Part shown: positions 1 to 9,531 of the stretch, piece by piece
How positions within the stretch are numbered: the first letter of the stretch is position 1
How the letters are laid out: every line of letters begins with the position of its first letter
Source of the DNA: an uncultured Flavobacterium sp.
Lineage (GTDB): Bacteria; Bacteroidota; Bacteroidia; Flavobacteriales; Flavobacteriaceae
NCBI GenBank assembly: GCA_964397335.1
Contig: CAYNIM010000010.1
Location: forward strand, 2,741-66,740
DNA length: 64,000 bases
Reading direction: 5' to 3'
Made by a program: the position numbers and the translations under genes
Notes under the pieces: model-generated
What the model was told of the DNA's origin: nothing
Databases searched by the model: none
What the model saw: the letters and a program-made list of their open reading frames with translations, nothing else

Positions 1-2563
1 TGGTAATTGTTGCCATTCGCTCCCCAGTGAAAAAGCTGTTACGATAGGTTGCTGTTAAAAAAGCGGATGCATTATATACGTTCCCGTTATAACCAAACGT
101 GGAACGTAATCTCAGTAGAGGTAAAAAATCAATATTATAAAAGTCTTCGTTATTCATTTGCCAAACACCGCCGACAGACCACAAAGGAGTAATTTTTTCG
201 TTAGTCCTAACGCCAAAAATATTTGCACCATCTCTACGAGCACTGGCAGAGAACGTGTAGCGATTATCATACGTGTAGGCAGCATTCCCATAATACGATA
301 TAAATCGATTAATAGTCCCCCCGACAGTTGCGGGAGGTGCCGTTATACGTTGATTACCATTAGGGTTATATGGATATAGCTGATTATAATTTAAGTTTGC
401 AACTGCGGTTCCATATTCTTCATTATAGCCATACGACCGTCGTGCAAAATTTTCAGTTTCTATTTCACGAACTTCAAACCCACCAAGAGCATTAATATCA
501 TGCTTATCTGAAAAAGACTGTTCGTAGTTAAGCTGTCCACGCCAATTTTCAGAAATCAAGTCATGATTTATTAGATCGAGAATACCTCCCAGAGGTATTG
601 GATATGTAAATGCTTCTGTGGCACTATTGTATTGAGTATACCTATTTATGAGGTTACGAGTATAAAATGTTTCAATACTTTGATGATCTCTGCTATTTCG
701 TTTCTGGTTTTCCCACTGATATTGTAAACTGGCATTGAAGTGAGAGAGAAATTTGTAATTTAAAGTAGATCTAAAAATTAGGTTATTAACAGTACTCGTA
801 TTGTCTGCAAAACCTAATTCATCATAGGGACGATAACGCCAGTCAAGAAAGCCTAATATTTCTCGTTCATTTAGATAAGAGTTGCTCAATGCCTGTGTTA
901 CATCCATCGCCTGTCCTTGATGATCGACTAACTGGGAATAAGGGTAAATAATACCATATGAGCCACCGGTAATACTTCCATAATCTAACCCTTGGGAATT
1001 ATTATTCAATCTACTTTGATAAAAATTCATCCCTGTACTGAGAGTTAAGTTCGGTAGTAAAATAAAATTTCCGGTGGTGTTTAATGTGAATCGTTCTAAA
1101 TCATTTTTTACTAAGTTAGTCTTGTTATTGTCGTATCCACCGGAAACTCTATAATTGCTATTGGCTGTACCGCCCTGAATATTAAGTGCATATTGTTGGT
1201 TTATGGAATTGCGATAAAAATAACGTGAAATGTCCTGTCTTGCGTCGATACTTTTTAGTTCACTTAGTTTACTTTCTGCTTCGCTTTCGGTTATTTCATT
1301 ATTTCTTTGTGCTAACAGGATTTCAACAACTGGGGATAAAGCTGGTCTTGATGTTACATTATTGATACTTGAGTTAAAATACCCGTTATCAAACAAGGTC
1401 TTCTCGGCTTCTATATATTCGGGTGCTGATATAAAACCACGTGAATAATATAAGTCTGGTCTACCACCTACACTGGTGTTAGCATTAAAGTTTATGCATA
1501 ATGGCTGATTGTAATTGGCTTTTTTAGTGGTCATTACGATAACACCGTTTCCAGCACGGCTACCCCATATACTCGCTGCTGCTGCATCCTTTAATACGGT
1601 AATATTCTCAATGTCGTTTGGATTGATACTGCTTAGATCTCCCTCAAAAGGAAAGTTGTCAACAATAATAAGGGGGTCGGCATTAACATTAAGGTCAAGG
1701 GTACTTCTTCCTCTAATAGTGATGCCAGTCTGTTCATTTCCTGCCAGTTGGTTTTTATTGAAGACCATACCACTGGTTATTCCCTCCAACCTATCCAGAA
1801 TATTAGTGCTGACACGACGGTTAATCATTTCATTATCCAATTGGACAAATGAGCCGGTTGCCCGCACTTTGGGGAGCGATTGGTATCCTGTATTGACAAC
1901 AATGTTTATATTATCTATCTCCGATTGATCGGCAACAAGCCTGATATTGCTCGCCTGATGTGCCGTTATCTCTATCCGCTTATAACCGATGTAATCTACT
2001 TGCAGTGTCGCATCACGGTATGTATAGGGTATCTCGAAGTAGCCATTGCGATCCGTCACATAGGTAATATCGGTATCTTTGATACGTATCGTAGTTCCCG
2101 CCAATGGCTCGCCGTCCTCGTCAGTGACACGTCCACGGATGGGGTCTTGCTGTTGTTCCTGTGCAGGTAGCTGTGTGGTGGTATTGGTCTTTGTTACAGG
2201 CTTTTCTTTGATGTAAATCGTCTTTTCACTGATCTCATACTCCAATGGCTGATTCTTAAAGATCTCGCGGAGTGCCTCCTCCATGCTTACTGACCTCAAC
2301 AAAACATTAACAGGTACTGACTTTTTAAGCTGGTCTGCACGAAACACAAAAGCGTAATCGCTTTGCTGCCGCATCTGCTTGATCACATTGACCAAGCTTT
2401 CGTTCTTAGCCGAAATAGTAACCTGTTGGGAATAGGTCTTGCCACATGCAGCAACACAGAATAGGAATAATATGGAAAGTGTCAGTTTCATGATTCGGAT
2501 AGCCTGTGTCCATTCGTTTTTGTTGTGATAGCGACAATGTTGCCGCATATAATGTATTGTCAT
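1..2563 (-). CDS. SusC/RagA family TonB-dependent outer membrane receptor with N-terminal STN extension, 3'-truncated by the window edge
   Basis: Read manually on the minus strand: MKLTLSILFLFCVAACGKTYSQQVTISAKNESL... and the plug motif LKDAAAASIWGSRAGNGVIVMTTKK. First in-frame ATG is at 2563, alternative at 2491. Absent from the ORF track because there is no stop in the window. Confidence 0.9.
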   Translation of the reverse strand, partial: MTIHYMRQHCRYHNKNEWTQAIRIMKLTLSILFLFCVAACGKTYSQQVTISAKNESLVNVIKQMRQQSDYAFVFRADQLKKSVPVNVLLRSVSMEEALREIFKNQPLEYEISEKTIYIKEKPVTKTNTTTQLPAQEQQQDPIRGRVTDEDGEPLAGTTIRIKDTDITYVTDRNGYFEIPYTYRDATLQVDYIGYKRIEITAHQASNIRLVADQSEIDNINIVVNTGYQSLPKVRATGSFVQLDNEMINRRVSTNILDRLEGITSGMVFNKNQLAGNEQTGITIRGRSTLDLNVNADPLIIVDNFPFEGDLSSINPNDIENITVLKDAAAASIWGSRAGNGVIVMTTKKANYNQPLCINFNANTSVGGRPDLYYSRGFISAPEYIEAEKTLFDNGYFNSSINNVTSRPALSPVVEILLAQRNNEITESEAESKLSELKSIDARQDISRYFYRNSINQQYALNIQGGTANSNYRVSGGYDNNKTNLVKNDLERFTLNTTGNFILLPNLTLSTGMNFYQSRLNNNSQGLDYGSITGGSYGIIYPYSQLVDHQGQAMDVTQALSNSYLNEREILGFLDWRYRPYDELGFADNTSTVNNLIFRSTLNYKFLSHFNASLQYQWENQKRNSRDHQSIETFYTRNLINRYTQYNSATEAFTYPIPLGGILDLINHDLISENWRGQLNYEQSFSDKHDINALGGFEVREIETENFARRSYGYNEEYGTAVANLNYNQLYPYNPNGNQRITAPPATVGGTINRFISYYGNAAYTYDNRYTFSASARRDGANIFGVRTNEKITPLWSVGGVWQMNNEDFYNIDFLPLLRLRSTFGYNGNVYNASAFLTATYRNSFFTGERMATIT

Positions 2564-2698
2564 TTATTCATCATTAAGGATACTGATGTACAGGCGATGA
2601 ATAGCCGATCATAGACTATTGTATTTGCAGTCTATAAAAAGTACATTTGTATCGGTAGGTTAATTATTAAACTATTAATCCGCAAAAGATTTTTACTA

Positions 2699-2757
2699 TT
2701 GACCGCCACACCGCCGGAACTGCGCGAACAGTTCCGGCATTTTTAAATGGGCGGCAA
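2699..2757 (-). promoter_or_regulatory. Nested GC-rich stem-loop between fecR and susC
   Basis: gccggaactg-cgcgaa-cagttccggc perfect 10-bp stem inside an outer ccgcc/ggcgg stem. No U-tract follows it in the sense direction. Confidence 0.55.
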
Positions 2758-2776
2758 TTATATGAAACAAAAAATT

Positions 2777-3943
2777 CTACTGTCTGACCGTTACCCTCCT
2801 TTCCCGTTGCTCAAACTTATAATTCCCTGCCTTTTCCAGTGACCGAAGTACTTCGGACAGCTTTCGGTTGCGAGGAATTTCTGCAAAAAAGTGGGTATCA
2901 TGAAAGTTTTGTGGGTAATGCACTTCTATATCGTACCATCTTTCCAGTTGCTTCATGATCTGCGTAAGCGGAACATCGCTGAACACAAATACGTCCTGTG
3001 TCCAGCCTATATAGTCCTGTGGGTTTACTTCGCTGACCTTGATATTATTGTCTTTAAATACAGTCTGCTGTCCGGGACGTAACTTTATGGGGTCTCTACT
3101 ACCGGAAAAGTCAATCTGCACACTGCCCTCCAACAATGTGGTGATTGCTGGTTCGTTATCATAGCTATTCAGGTTGAATTTTGTTCCCAAAACTCTGATC
3201 TGCTGATTATCACTTTGGACAATAAAGGGGCGGCTATGGTCAGGAGCAACCTCAAAATAGGCTTCCCCTTTAAGTTCGACCGCTCTATTGCGGTCTGTAA
3301 ACTGTGTAGGATATTTGATAATCGATGCTGAATTGACAAAAACTTTAGTTCCGTCAGGGAGGATAATCCGGTATTGTCCACCTCGTGGTGTACTTAACGT
3401 AACGATGGTTGGCTCTGCGTCTTCTATAATCCGCTCTCCATCACTGTATCGTATTCCTTTTTCATCCGTAGTAATTCCATCCTGCTGCTCACTAAGGTTG
3501 TAAACCGAACCATCTGACAATGTCAGTATAGCACGATTGGAACCGGGATCGACATCTTCCGTTGTAGTAGAGACCAATGGTGCCTGTCGTTCTGTCGATG
3601 GGATAAAGTAGTGATAGGAAAAAATACCAATGACCAATAAAGCGGCGGCGGCGATATAAGGGCTAAGCCTGCGGAACAAGCTACTTTTTTCTGGCTCTGT
3701 TCCATCAATCGTATAGCTTAATCTCTCTTTTACAAGGCGAGTAGTCTGATCAATCTTCTGCTTATGGATGTGAATGATCTTTTCTTCATCATCGTGTTCG
3801 AGGGCTTGCAATATAAGCTCACGCAATCGCTCACGGCTCATATCAGAACCAAAATATTGCAATAACTCCTCATAGTCCGCATCACTTATGGAATTGTCGA
3901 GAAATTTCCTATATAGCTCCTTGATATGTTGGTTGTTTTCCAA
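2777..3943 (-). CDS. FecR family anti-sigma factor
   Basis: TM helix followed by TPRGGQYRIILPDGTKVFVNSAS, GEAYFEV, VLGTKFN and LERWYD motifs. Lies between an ECF sigma and susC. Confidence 0.95.
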   Translation of the reverse strand: MENNQHIKELYRKFLDNSISDADYEELLQYFGSDMSRERLRELILQALEHDDEEKIIHIHKQKIDQTTRLVKERLSYTIDGTEPEKSSLFRRLSPYIAAAALLVIGIFSYHYFIPSTERQAPLVSTTTEDVDPGSNRAILTLSDGSVYNLSEQQDGITTDEKGIRYSDGERIIEDAEPTIVTLSTPRGGQYRIILPDGTKVFVNSASIIKYPTQFTDRNRAVELKGEAYFEVAPDHSRPFIVQSDNQQIRVLGTKFNLNSYDNEPAITTLLEGSVQIDFSGSRDPIKLRPGQQTVFKDNNIKVSEVNPQDYIGWTQDVFVFSDVPLTQIMKQLERWYDIEVHYPQNFHDTHFFAEIPRNRKLSEVLRSLEKAGNYKFEQRERRVTVRQ

Positions 3944-4048
3944 TGCTGCTCTTTAGATGTAATACGGAGAAGCAGCCAAATCCTATTGCTTCGATTTTAC
4001 AAAAAATCAGAAAACAAACGTAAATCACTTATTATCAATGAGAAAATA

Positions 4049-4642
4049 TTATTGGTCTAATACAGAAACAAAATACAAAAGGGAGAGAATTAATGCGGAC
4101 TTATCATAGTTCCCGTATATAAACCGATTGGCTTTGGTGATGTGGTCGCCTATTGTAGCTTCGGAGATAGAAAGCATCTTGCTTACTTCAGCATAGGTTT
4201 TTCCCTCTAATTTACAGAGCTTAAAAATGATCTTACGTTGGGGAGGTAGTTTTTCAATGGTACGCATCAGTTCTTCATCAGCGGTTACCTGCGAGGTCAG
4301 AGTGTCTATGCTGTATAGGTATGAAATATGCTCCGACAGATTTTGTGCAAGTACTCTATCTTTTGATACTTGTCGGTAGTAGTCATTGACAATGTTCACG
4401 GCAATCCTGTAAAGGTAGGATGAAAAGGATTTGTCAGGATCAATCTTCTCCCTGTTTTCCCATACTTTCACGAAAAGCTCTTGGAGAGCGTCTTCCACTT
4501 CGTCCCATGATTTGAGCAACTTAAATAGTTTCGCGGTCAGTTTTTCGGAATAGTTGTTATAAAGTAGATCATAAGCACGATGATCCCCGTCCCGCAGTTT
4601 TACCAGCAGTTCCCGTTCATCTTGGATGTGGGTACGGTTCAT
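4049..4642 (-). CDS. ECF-type RNA polymerase sigma-70 factor
   Basis: EDALQELFVKVWENR, SYLYRIAVN and LPPQRKIIFKLCKLEGKTYAEVSKMLSISEATI motifs. Confidence 0.95.
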   Translation of the reverse strand: MNRTHIQDERELLVKLRDGDHRAYDLLYNNYSEKLTAKLFKLLKSWDEVEDALQELFVKVWENREKIDPDKSFSSYLYRIAVNIVNDYYRQVSKDRVLAQNLSEHISYLYSIDTLTSQVTADEELMRTIEKLPPQRKIIFKLCKLEGKTYAEVSKMLSISEATIGDHITKANRFIYGNYDKSALILSLLYFVSVLDQ

Positions 4643-4985
4643 TTTTGTAGGCTTCGATCTATGGTAATTAGATTGTTTTACTAAAACGAAGTTAAAGAAA
4701 AACTATTAATATAAAGAATGTCGTACCCTATTGCCCCATTATCCTATACTGATTGTAACAATTTTTTTTCACGAAATCTGTAATTTACAACACGTTATGT
4801 TACAGTATACACTTTCTCTCTTTGAAGAAAATTAGTCAAATAGCCTTTTCATTGAGGATTGTTAAACCAAAACAGCGATTTATTTTTTTTCTCATAAAAA
4901 TTCCAAAATACTTGCATAATTGTTTTCTCATTCATTTTTAATGGGGTACTTTTATTGTGTCATTATATCTGAGAAAGAGAATCTA

Positions 4986-5257
4986 ATGATAACACACACT
5001 CAGAAACAAAATATACCCCTCTCTTTCATTGATATAACCACCGACGTTGCAGCAATGTTGGTCATATTATAAACAAAAGCAAAGCTTCTGTTACAATATA
5101 TAACAGTACACTGATTAAAAAAGTGTCTGTGCTTGATATTTTTTCTTCTTTCCAGGAGGTTATAGACGCGTTAACGATAGCAAACAGCTACGTAAGATCG
5201 AAAACCAGAAAAACAAATAAACGAATTTACCAAAAAACATCTCTTATAGCTGCATGA
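4986..5257 (+). pseudogene. Possible frameshifted small ORF ending ...SLIAA*, overlapping the next start (ATGA)
   Basis: ATG at 4986 opens a 28-codon ORF. A second frame is open from ~5033 to TGA 5257 and ends in AA*, like the 6389-6807 gene. Confidence 0.35.
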
Positions 5258-5393
5258 ATCCGCTTCAATACATAAATAAAATCTTCTGTACACTACTTTT
5301 TTTCTCTACCGGAAACAAAAGCTACTCCCAACGTGAGATACACCCATTAGAGCCGATGTTTACATATGATTATGCGTTGAAGTATTATGGGAA
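5247..5393 (+). repeat. 147-bp direct repeat, copy 1
   Basis: Matches 6797-6943 with 6 mismatches counted by eye. Confidence 0.95.
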
Positions 5394-6372
5394 TGTAGGT
5401 GTTATAGATTTGATTGACAAGAATTTCGGCGCTAAATTTTGCTCCATTGAAAATTTTAAAGCTCCTGTCGGTTTGAAAAGAATAGAGTTAAGTGATGATG
5501 AACACTTTATGTCTTTAGCCCTATCGACAAAACGTATGAAGTTACACAAGATTATCTATTACTATAATTCCGACACAGGTTTTTTAGAAAAGCGTGTAAA
5601 AGAAAGACCTAAACTAAACAATGAAGAAGATGCAGTAACTGAATACCTTTATACGTTCAAAAATAATCAAATAATAATTAGGACATCTCAAAATGAGGAA
5701 TATACTTTTGATGAAAAAACTGGAAATCTTCTTCAACTCATTACTTCACAAAATGACACAATAGATTTTCTTTATTCTATCGAAAATATACATCATGTTC
5801 TTGAAGTAAATTCTTCAAATTCTTCTAAAAAATTTGTATATAAAAACAAAGAAGTTTTACAAGAAAACACGTTTGAGTTCTTTGCTGAAAAACACTATTA
5901 TGTACCTGATAAGAGAAATCTTTTAACTGACAAAGTGATAATCGCCAATCAAACAGACTTAAAGTTTGAAGGCGTACCAACGCCATATTCAGTATATATC
6001 ATAAGTAATGATTATTATATTGAGGTTAGTACCCTTTTTGTACCTCGAAGAACTATAGGCTTATTATTTGATGATACTAAAAAACTAATAGCATATCACA
6101 TTAACGAAGAGCCACCCGCATATGGTTTAACAGACAAACCAAATTCACTCTTTTCTAAATCTATGTCAGATTATTATGCTAAGTTGAGAAAAAGATCGAA
6201 ACCTAATTATTCAATTACATTTAAAAAATTAGATAAAAAAAAGTGGGGACAGTATCTATATGATTACAACCATAAGCGATTGCGCTATAAGAAACAGAAT
6301 CAAGGATATTTTACAATAGAAAATGATAAAATCTATTTTAAAAACATTCCGCTAATCGTTTACGACTATTAA
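5254..6372 (+). CDS. Hypothetical exported protein (cassette gene A1) with YD-like beta-hairpin motifs
   Basis: 372-aa ORF with a signal-peptide-like N-terminus ending SYSQ. Paralog of 6804-8003. Confidence 0.8.
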   Translation: MNPLQYINKIFCTLLFFSTGNKSYSQREIHPLEPMFTYDYALKYYGNVGVIDLIDKNFGAKFCSIENFKAPVGLKRIELSDDEHFMSLALSTKRMKLHKIIYYYNSDTGFLEKRVKERPKLNNEEDAVTEYLYTFKNNQIIIRTSQNEEYTFDEKTGNLLQLITSQNDTIDFLYSIENIHHVLEVNSSNSSKKFVYKNKEVLQENTFEFFAEKHYYVPDKRNLLTDKVIIANQTDLKFEGVPTPYSVYIISNDYYIEVSTLFVPRRTIGLLFDDTKKLIAYHINEEPPAYGLTDKPNSLFSKSMSDYYAKLRKRSKPNYSITFKKLDKKKWGQYLYDYNHKRLRYKKQNQGYFTIENDKIYFKNIPLIVYDY

Positions 6373-6388
6373 CTAAAAATTAAACAAT

Positions 6389-6807
6389 ATGACAATTTTA
6401 TTTAACAATCAAATAGGTTACAACGGACAAGATATTCATATATGGCGTAATGGGAAGCCATTCCCTCTTCACGAATTTTTCACACAAGATAGTGGTGCTG
6501 ATTTGGTTTTCAAATACGAACTTAATCTAAGTATTGATCCAAATGACCCCACAAAAGAAATATAGTTGGTTTATATACTGATAGTAATTTCGGATCTACT
6601 ATGAAGTACGGCACATTGGATCCTTTTCGAGATAAACCAAGTTTTCCATTTCAAGTAATACCGGAAACAATAGAAAACTATTCTCCACTATTTAATTATC
6701 CTCTCTCAATACAAATGAAACGTTCTCAACCTGCTGCACTATGGTCGAATATATTTGATTACGGATATTATAACGTAGTCAAAGAAACTGAATTTTTAGC
6801 TGCATGA
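6389..6807 (+). pseudogene. Cassette gene B1 (~140 aa), frameshifted near 6555
   Basis: MTILFNNQIGYNGQDIHIWRNGKPFPLHEFF...PTKEI* continues in another frame as NIVGLYTDSNFGSTMKYG...EFLAA*. Its N-terminus is homologous to that of the 8023 ORF. Confidence 0.7.
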
Positions 6808-6943
6808 ATCCGCTTCAATACATAAATAAAATCTTCTGTACACTGCTTTTTTTCTCCGTCGGAAACAAAAGCTACTCCCAACGTGAGATACACCCATTGG
6901 AGCCGATGTTTACGTATGATTATGCGTTGAAGTATTATGGGAA
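6797..6943 (+). repeat. 147-bp direct repeat, copy 2
   Basis: Matches 5247-5393; period 1550 bp. Confidence 0.95.
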
Positions 6944-8003
6944 CAAAACTCTTATAACTTTTAGAGGTACTTATCATAATTGGTTATTAGAAAATTTTAA
7001 AGCACCAGAAAATGTAATTAGTATCGAAGAGTACCAGTGGTATTCAAGATACTCATTTAGTCATGGGCATTATTTAAATAGAGCTAATTTTAATTTTGAC
7101 GAAGAGATAGTCAATTCACTAAAACGTCCTATTGAGATGAAAAGAATTGACACTTATGATTTATCGACGGGATTTGTTAAAGAGACCAAGATATTTTATG
7201 TTGATAGAAATAGTAAAGCTATTATCGACACGCTTGAAATGAGAACTTATTCCTATAATGAGGATAATTCGCAAACGATAATTGATGTATCAATTGACGA
7301 ATCGTGGGATAAACCATATTCATTCAAAATGCAATATCACTTTCAAAAATCAACAGATAATTTAGTCAAAGTAATAACGAGGCATTCCGATACGATTTCA
7401 TTTCAGTATGGCGATAAAGAAAACACTTTAAAATTTGTTGAAAAAAGTGACTTTAAACGATTTAGATTACGCACTCTGCCAAGTTCTATTTACTACCCCC
7501 ATAATGATATTAAAGAATTTATTCGTCAAGAAGATTTAATATTAACGCATCCGTCAACTTATTATCTTGATATTAGCGATACTGAAAGGGATAATAAAAA
7601 CCATATTATTACAAATGATTTAAAGTCTAAACAAAATTCTATTTATAGCTATCATACCAACGAAGTTAACAATTTTAAGGAGACCTTGAGTTTGCTGAAT
7701 TTTGATAACGATGGCAGGTTAAAAGCATTCTATGAAATAAATAAAACGAAAATGAAGCGCATATCTGAATTTTATTTAATAAATCAACCTGATTTGTCAG
7801 ATCGTATGGAATCGCTAATGTTCCTTGGATTTAACAGTGTGAGCTTAAAAAGGAAGGGTAAAAATAAATGGGATTTATACGCGGCTTATAAGACTTCAGA
7901 GGATCAATACGAATATAAAACATTGAAGCAAGGTACTTTCAAAATTAAAAGAGGTAATATTTACTACAAAAATGAGCCGCAAATTATTTTTCATAAGCAA
8001 TAA
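6804..8003 (+). CDS. Hypothetical exported protein (cassette gene A2)
   Basis: 399 aa. First 47 aa nearly identical to A1; the remainder is distantly similar (ENFKAP, TGF, NL..IT...DTI.F.Y, KW..Y, QG.F.I....IY.KN). Confidence 0.8.
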   Translation: MNPLQYINKIFCTLLFFSVGNKSYSQREIHPLEPMFTYDYALKYYGNKTLITFRGTYHNWLLENFKAPENVISIEEYQWYSRYSFSHGHYLNRANFNFDEEIVNSLKRPIEMKRIDTYDLSTGFVKETKIFYVDRNSKAIIDTLEMRTYSYNEDNSQTIIDVSIDESWDKPYSFKMQYHFQKSTDNLVKVITRHSDTISFQYGDKENTLKFVEKSDFKRFRLRTLPSSIYYPHNDIKEFIRQEDLILTHPSTYYLDISDTERDNKNHIITNDLKSKQNSIYSYHTNEVNNFKETLSLLNFDNDGRLKAFYEINKTKMKRISEFYLINQPDLSDRMESLMFLGFNSVSLKRKGKNKWDLYAAYKTSEDQYEYKTLKQGTFKIKRGNIYYKNEPQIIFHKQ

Positions 8004-8022
8004 CAACTAAAATATATAGATT

Positions 8023-9300
8023 ATGCTAAGTATATATAATAATTCAACAGGTTACCAAGGTCAGGATCTTCATATGCTCCGCAATAATCAAAACTTTCCA
8101 CTTCATGAATTTTTCAATAATAGTAGTGGTAATTTATCTTACACTTTTAGGTTGACAGGAGCAGAAGTTACTGACACAAGTCACGTACGCATTTTCGAAA
8201 ATATTTCAGGAATTTGGACACAAGTCGGTAATGCTATTGACGGCGATGGTATATGGGACGAAAGCGGAACAAGTGTTGCCTTGTCTGCGGACGGAACAAT
8301 TGTTGCCATAGGTGCTCCCCGTCACAATGGGAACGGCAATGAATCCGGACAGGTGCGCGTTTTTGAAAATGTGCAAGGTACATGGACACAAATCGGGAGT
8401 GATATCTACGGGTTGCAAATGGGACATGGATTAGGTATCAGCACCTCATTATCTTCAGATGGTAGTATTTTAGCTGTCGGGGCTATTGCACGTAATACAG
8501 CTGCGGCTCCTGCCAGTTATACTATCATTTATGAAAATGTTTCGGGCACTTGGACACAGATCGGACAGGTTATTGATGCTGTTTCTCCCTTAGATCAAAG
8601 TGGTCGCAGTGTTTCGCTTTCTTCTGATGGTAACATTGTGGCGATTGGAGAATCAGGTTATTCTACAGGTAGTAATTTTCAGATTGGGAATGTTAGAATA
8701 TTTGAGAATGTATCAGGTACATGGACACAGAAAGGTTCAAATATTATCGGTGAAGCTGCAAATGATAATAGTGGTATCAGTATTTCACTATCTTCCAACG
8801 GTAGTATTGTTGCCATAGGTGCTGCCGGAAATGATGCTGCCGGAAACTTTTCTGGTCATGTTCGTGTGTATCAGCATACGTCAAATACATGGTCGCAGGT
8901 AGGAAGTGATATTGACGGTGAAGATCCCAGCGACTATTTTGGAGAAAATGTTTCAATATCCGGTAGCGGTGATACATTAATAGTTGGTGCAAAAACACAA
9001 ACGACTTCAACTATAAAAAATGGTTATGCCAAAGTGTACGACCTATCCGGTGTTTTATCTTCGGACAAGTTTACACAAGCGAATTTCACGATTTATCCCA
9101 ACCCTGCAACGGATGTACTAAATATTGAACTTCAAGATAATGCAATCTTGGAAAATGTAACTATCTATAACAACTTAGGACAGAAAATAAAAACCATCAA
9201 GCAAAATACTGTTGATGTCAGTACCCTTGCAAAAGGGTTGTACTTCGTAGAAGTAACAACCAATCAAGGTAAAGCCAGCAAAAAAGTTATTGTGGAGTAG
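8023..9300 (+). CDS. Chimeric ORF: cassette-B N-terminus fused to FG-GAP-like propeller repeats and a T9SS type A C-terminal sorting domain
   Basis: Five WTQxG..I.G...G.S.SLS.DG....IGA repeats. C-terminus IYPNPATDVLNI...KGLYFVEV...KKVIVE. No signal peptide. Confidence 0.85.
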   Translation: MLSIYNNSTGYQGQDLHMLRNNQNFPLHEFFNNSSGNLSYTFRLTGAEVTDTSHVRIFENISGIWTQVGNAIDGDGIWDESGTSVALSADGTIVAIGAPRHNGNGNESGQVRVFENVQGTWTQIGSDIYGLQMGHGLGISTSLSSDGSILAVGAIARNTAAAPASYTIIYENVSGTWTQIGQVIDAVSPLDQSGRSVSLSSDGNIVAIGESGYSTGSNFQIGNVRIFENVSGTWTQKGSNIIGEAANDNSGISISLSSNGSIVAIGAAGNDAAGNFSGHVRVYQHTSNTWSQVGSDIDGEDPSDYFGENVSISGSGDTLIVGAKTQTTSTIKNGYAKVYDLSGVLSSDKFTQANFTIYPNPATDVLNIELQDNAILENVTIYNNLGQKIKTIKQNTVDVSTLAKGLYFVEVTTNQGKASKKVIVE

Positions 9301-9451
9301 CTGTTAAACCTTTTGTAATTTTTTATATTATGAACAGATTTTTATTTATACTCATGCCCTGCTATGCAATATTCCAGTTTTAAAAAAAGTTTAATAGTCA
9401 AAAATAGTCGGTAAAATACTTTGAAAACCTTATAAACAGTGATGTTTCCAT

Positions 9452-9490
9452 AAGTTTATTGAAATTCGTTTCAATAAACTTTTTTTATTT
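9452..9490 (+). terminator. Intrinsic terminator
   Basis: aagtttattgaaa-ttcg-tttcaataaactt followed by a T-run. Confidence 0.7.
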
Positions 9491-9531
9491 ATGAAAAAAT
9501 CAAAAAAAAGCGATGTCCAACTTGTCAAAGT

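Noticed and set aside
158-2170. Plus-strand ORFs in the first 2.2 kb
   Set aside because: Antisense shadows of the susC gene.
5247-6943. Diversity-generating retroelement TR/VR pair (4 of 6 repeat mismatches are A/G)
   Set aside because: Two mismatches are at non-A positions, all are transitions, the repeats lie at gene 5' ends, and there is no reverse transcriptase in the window.
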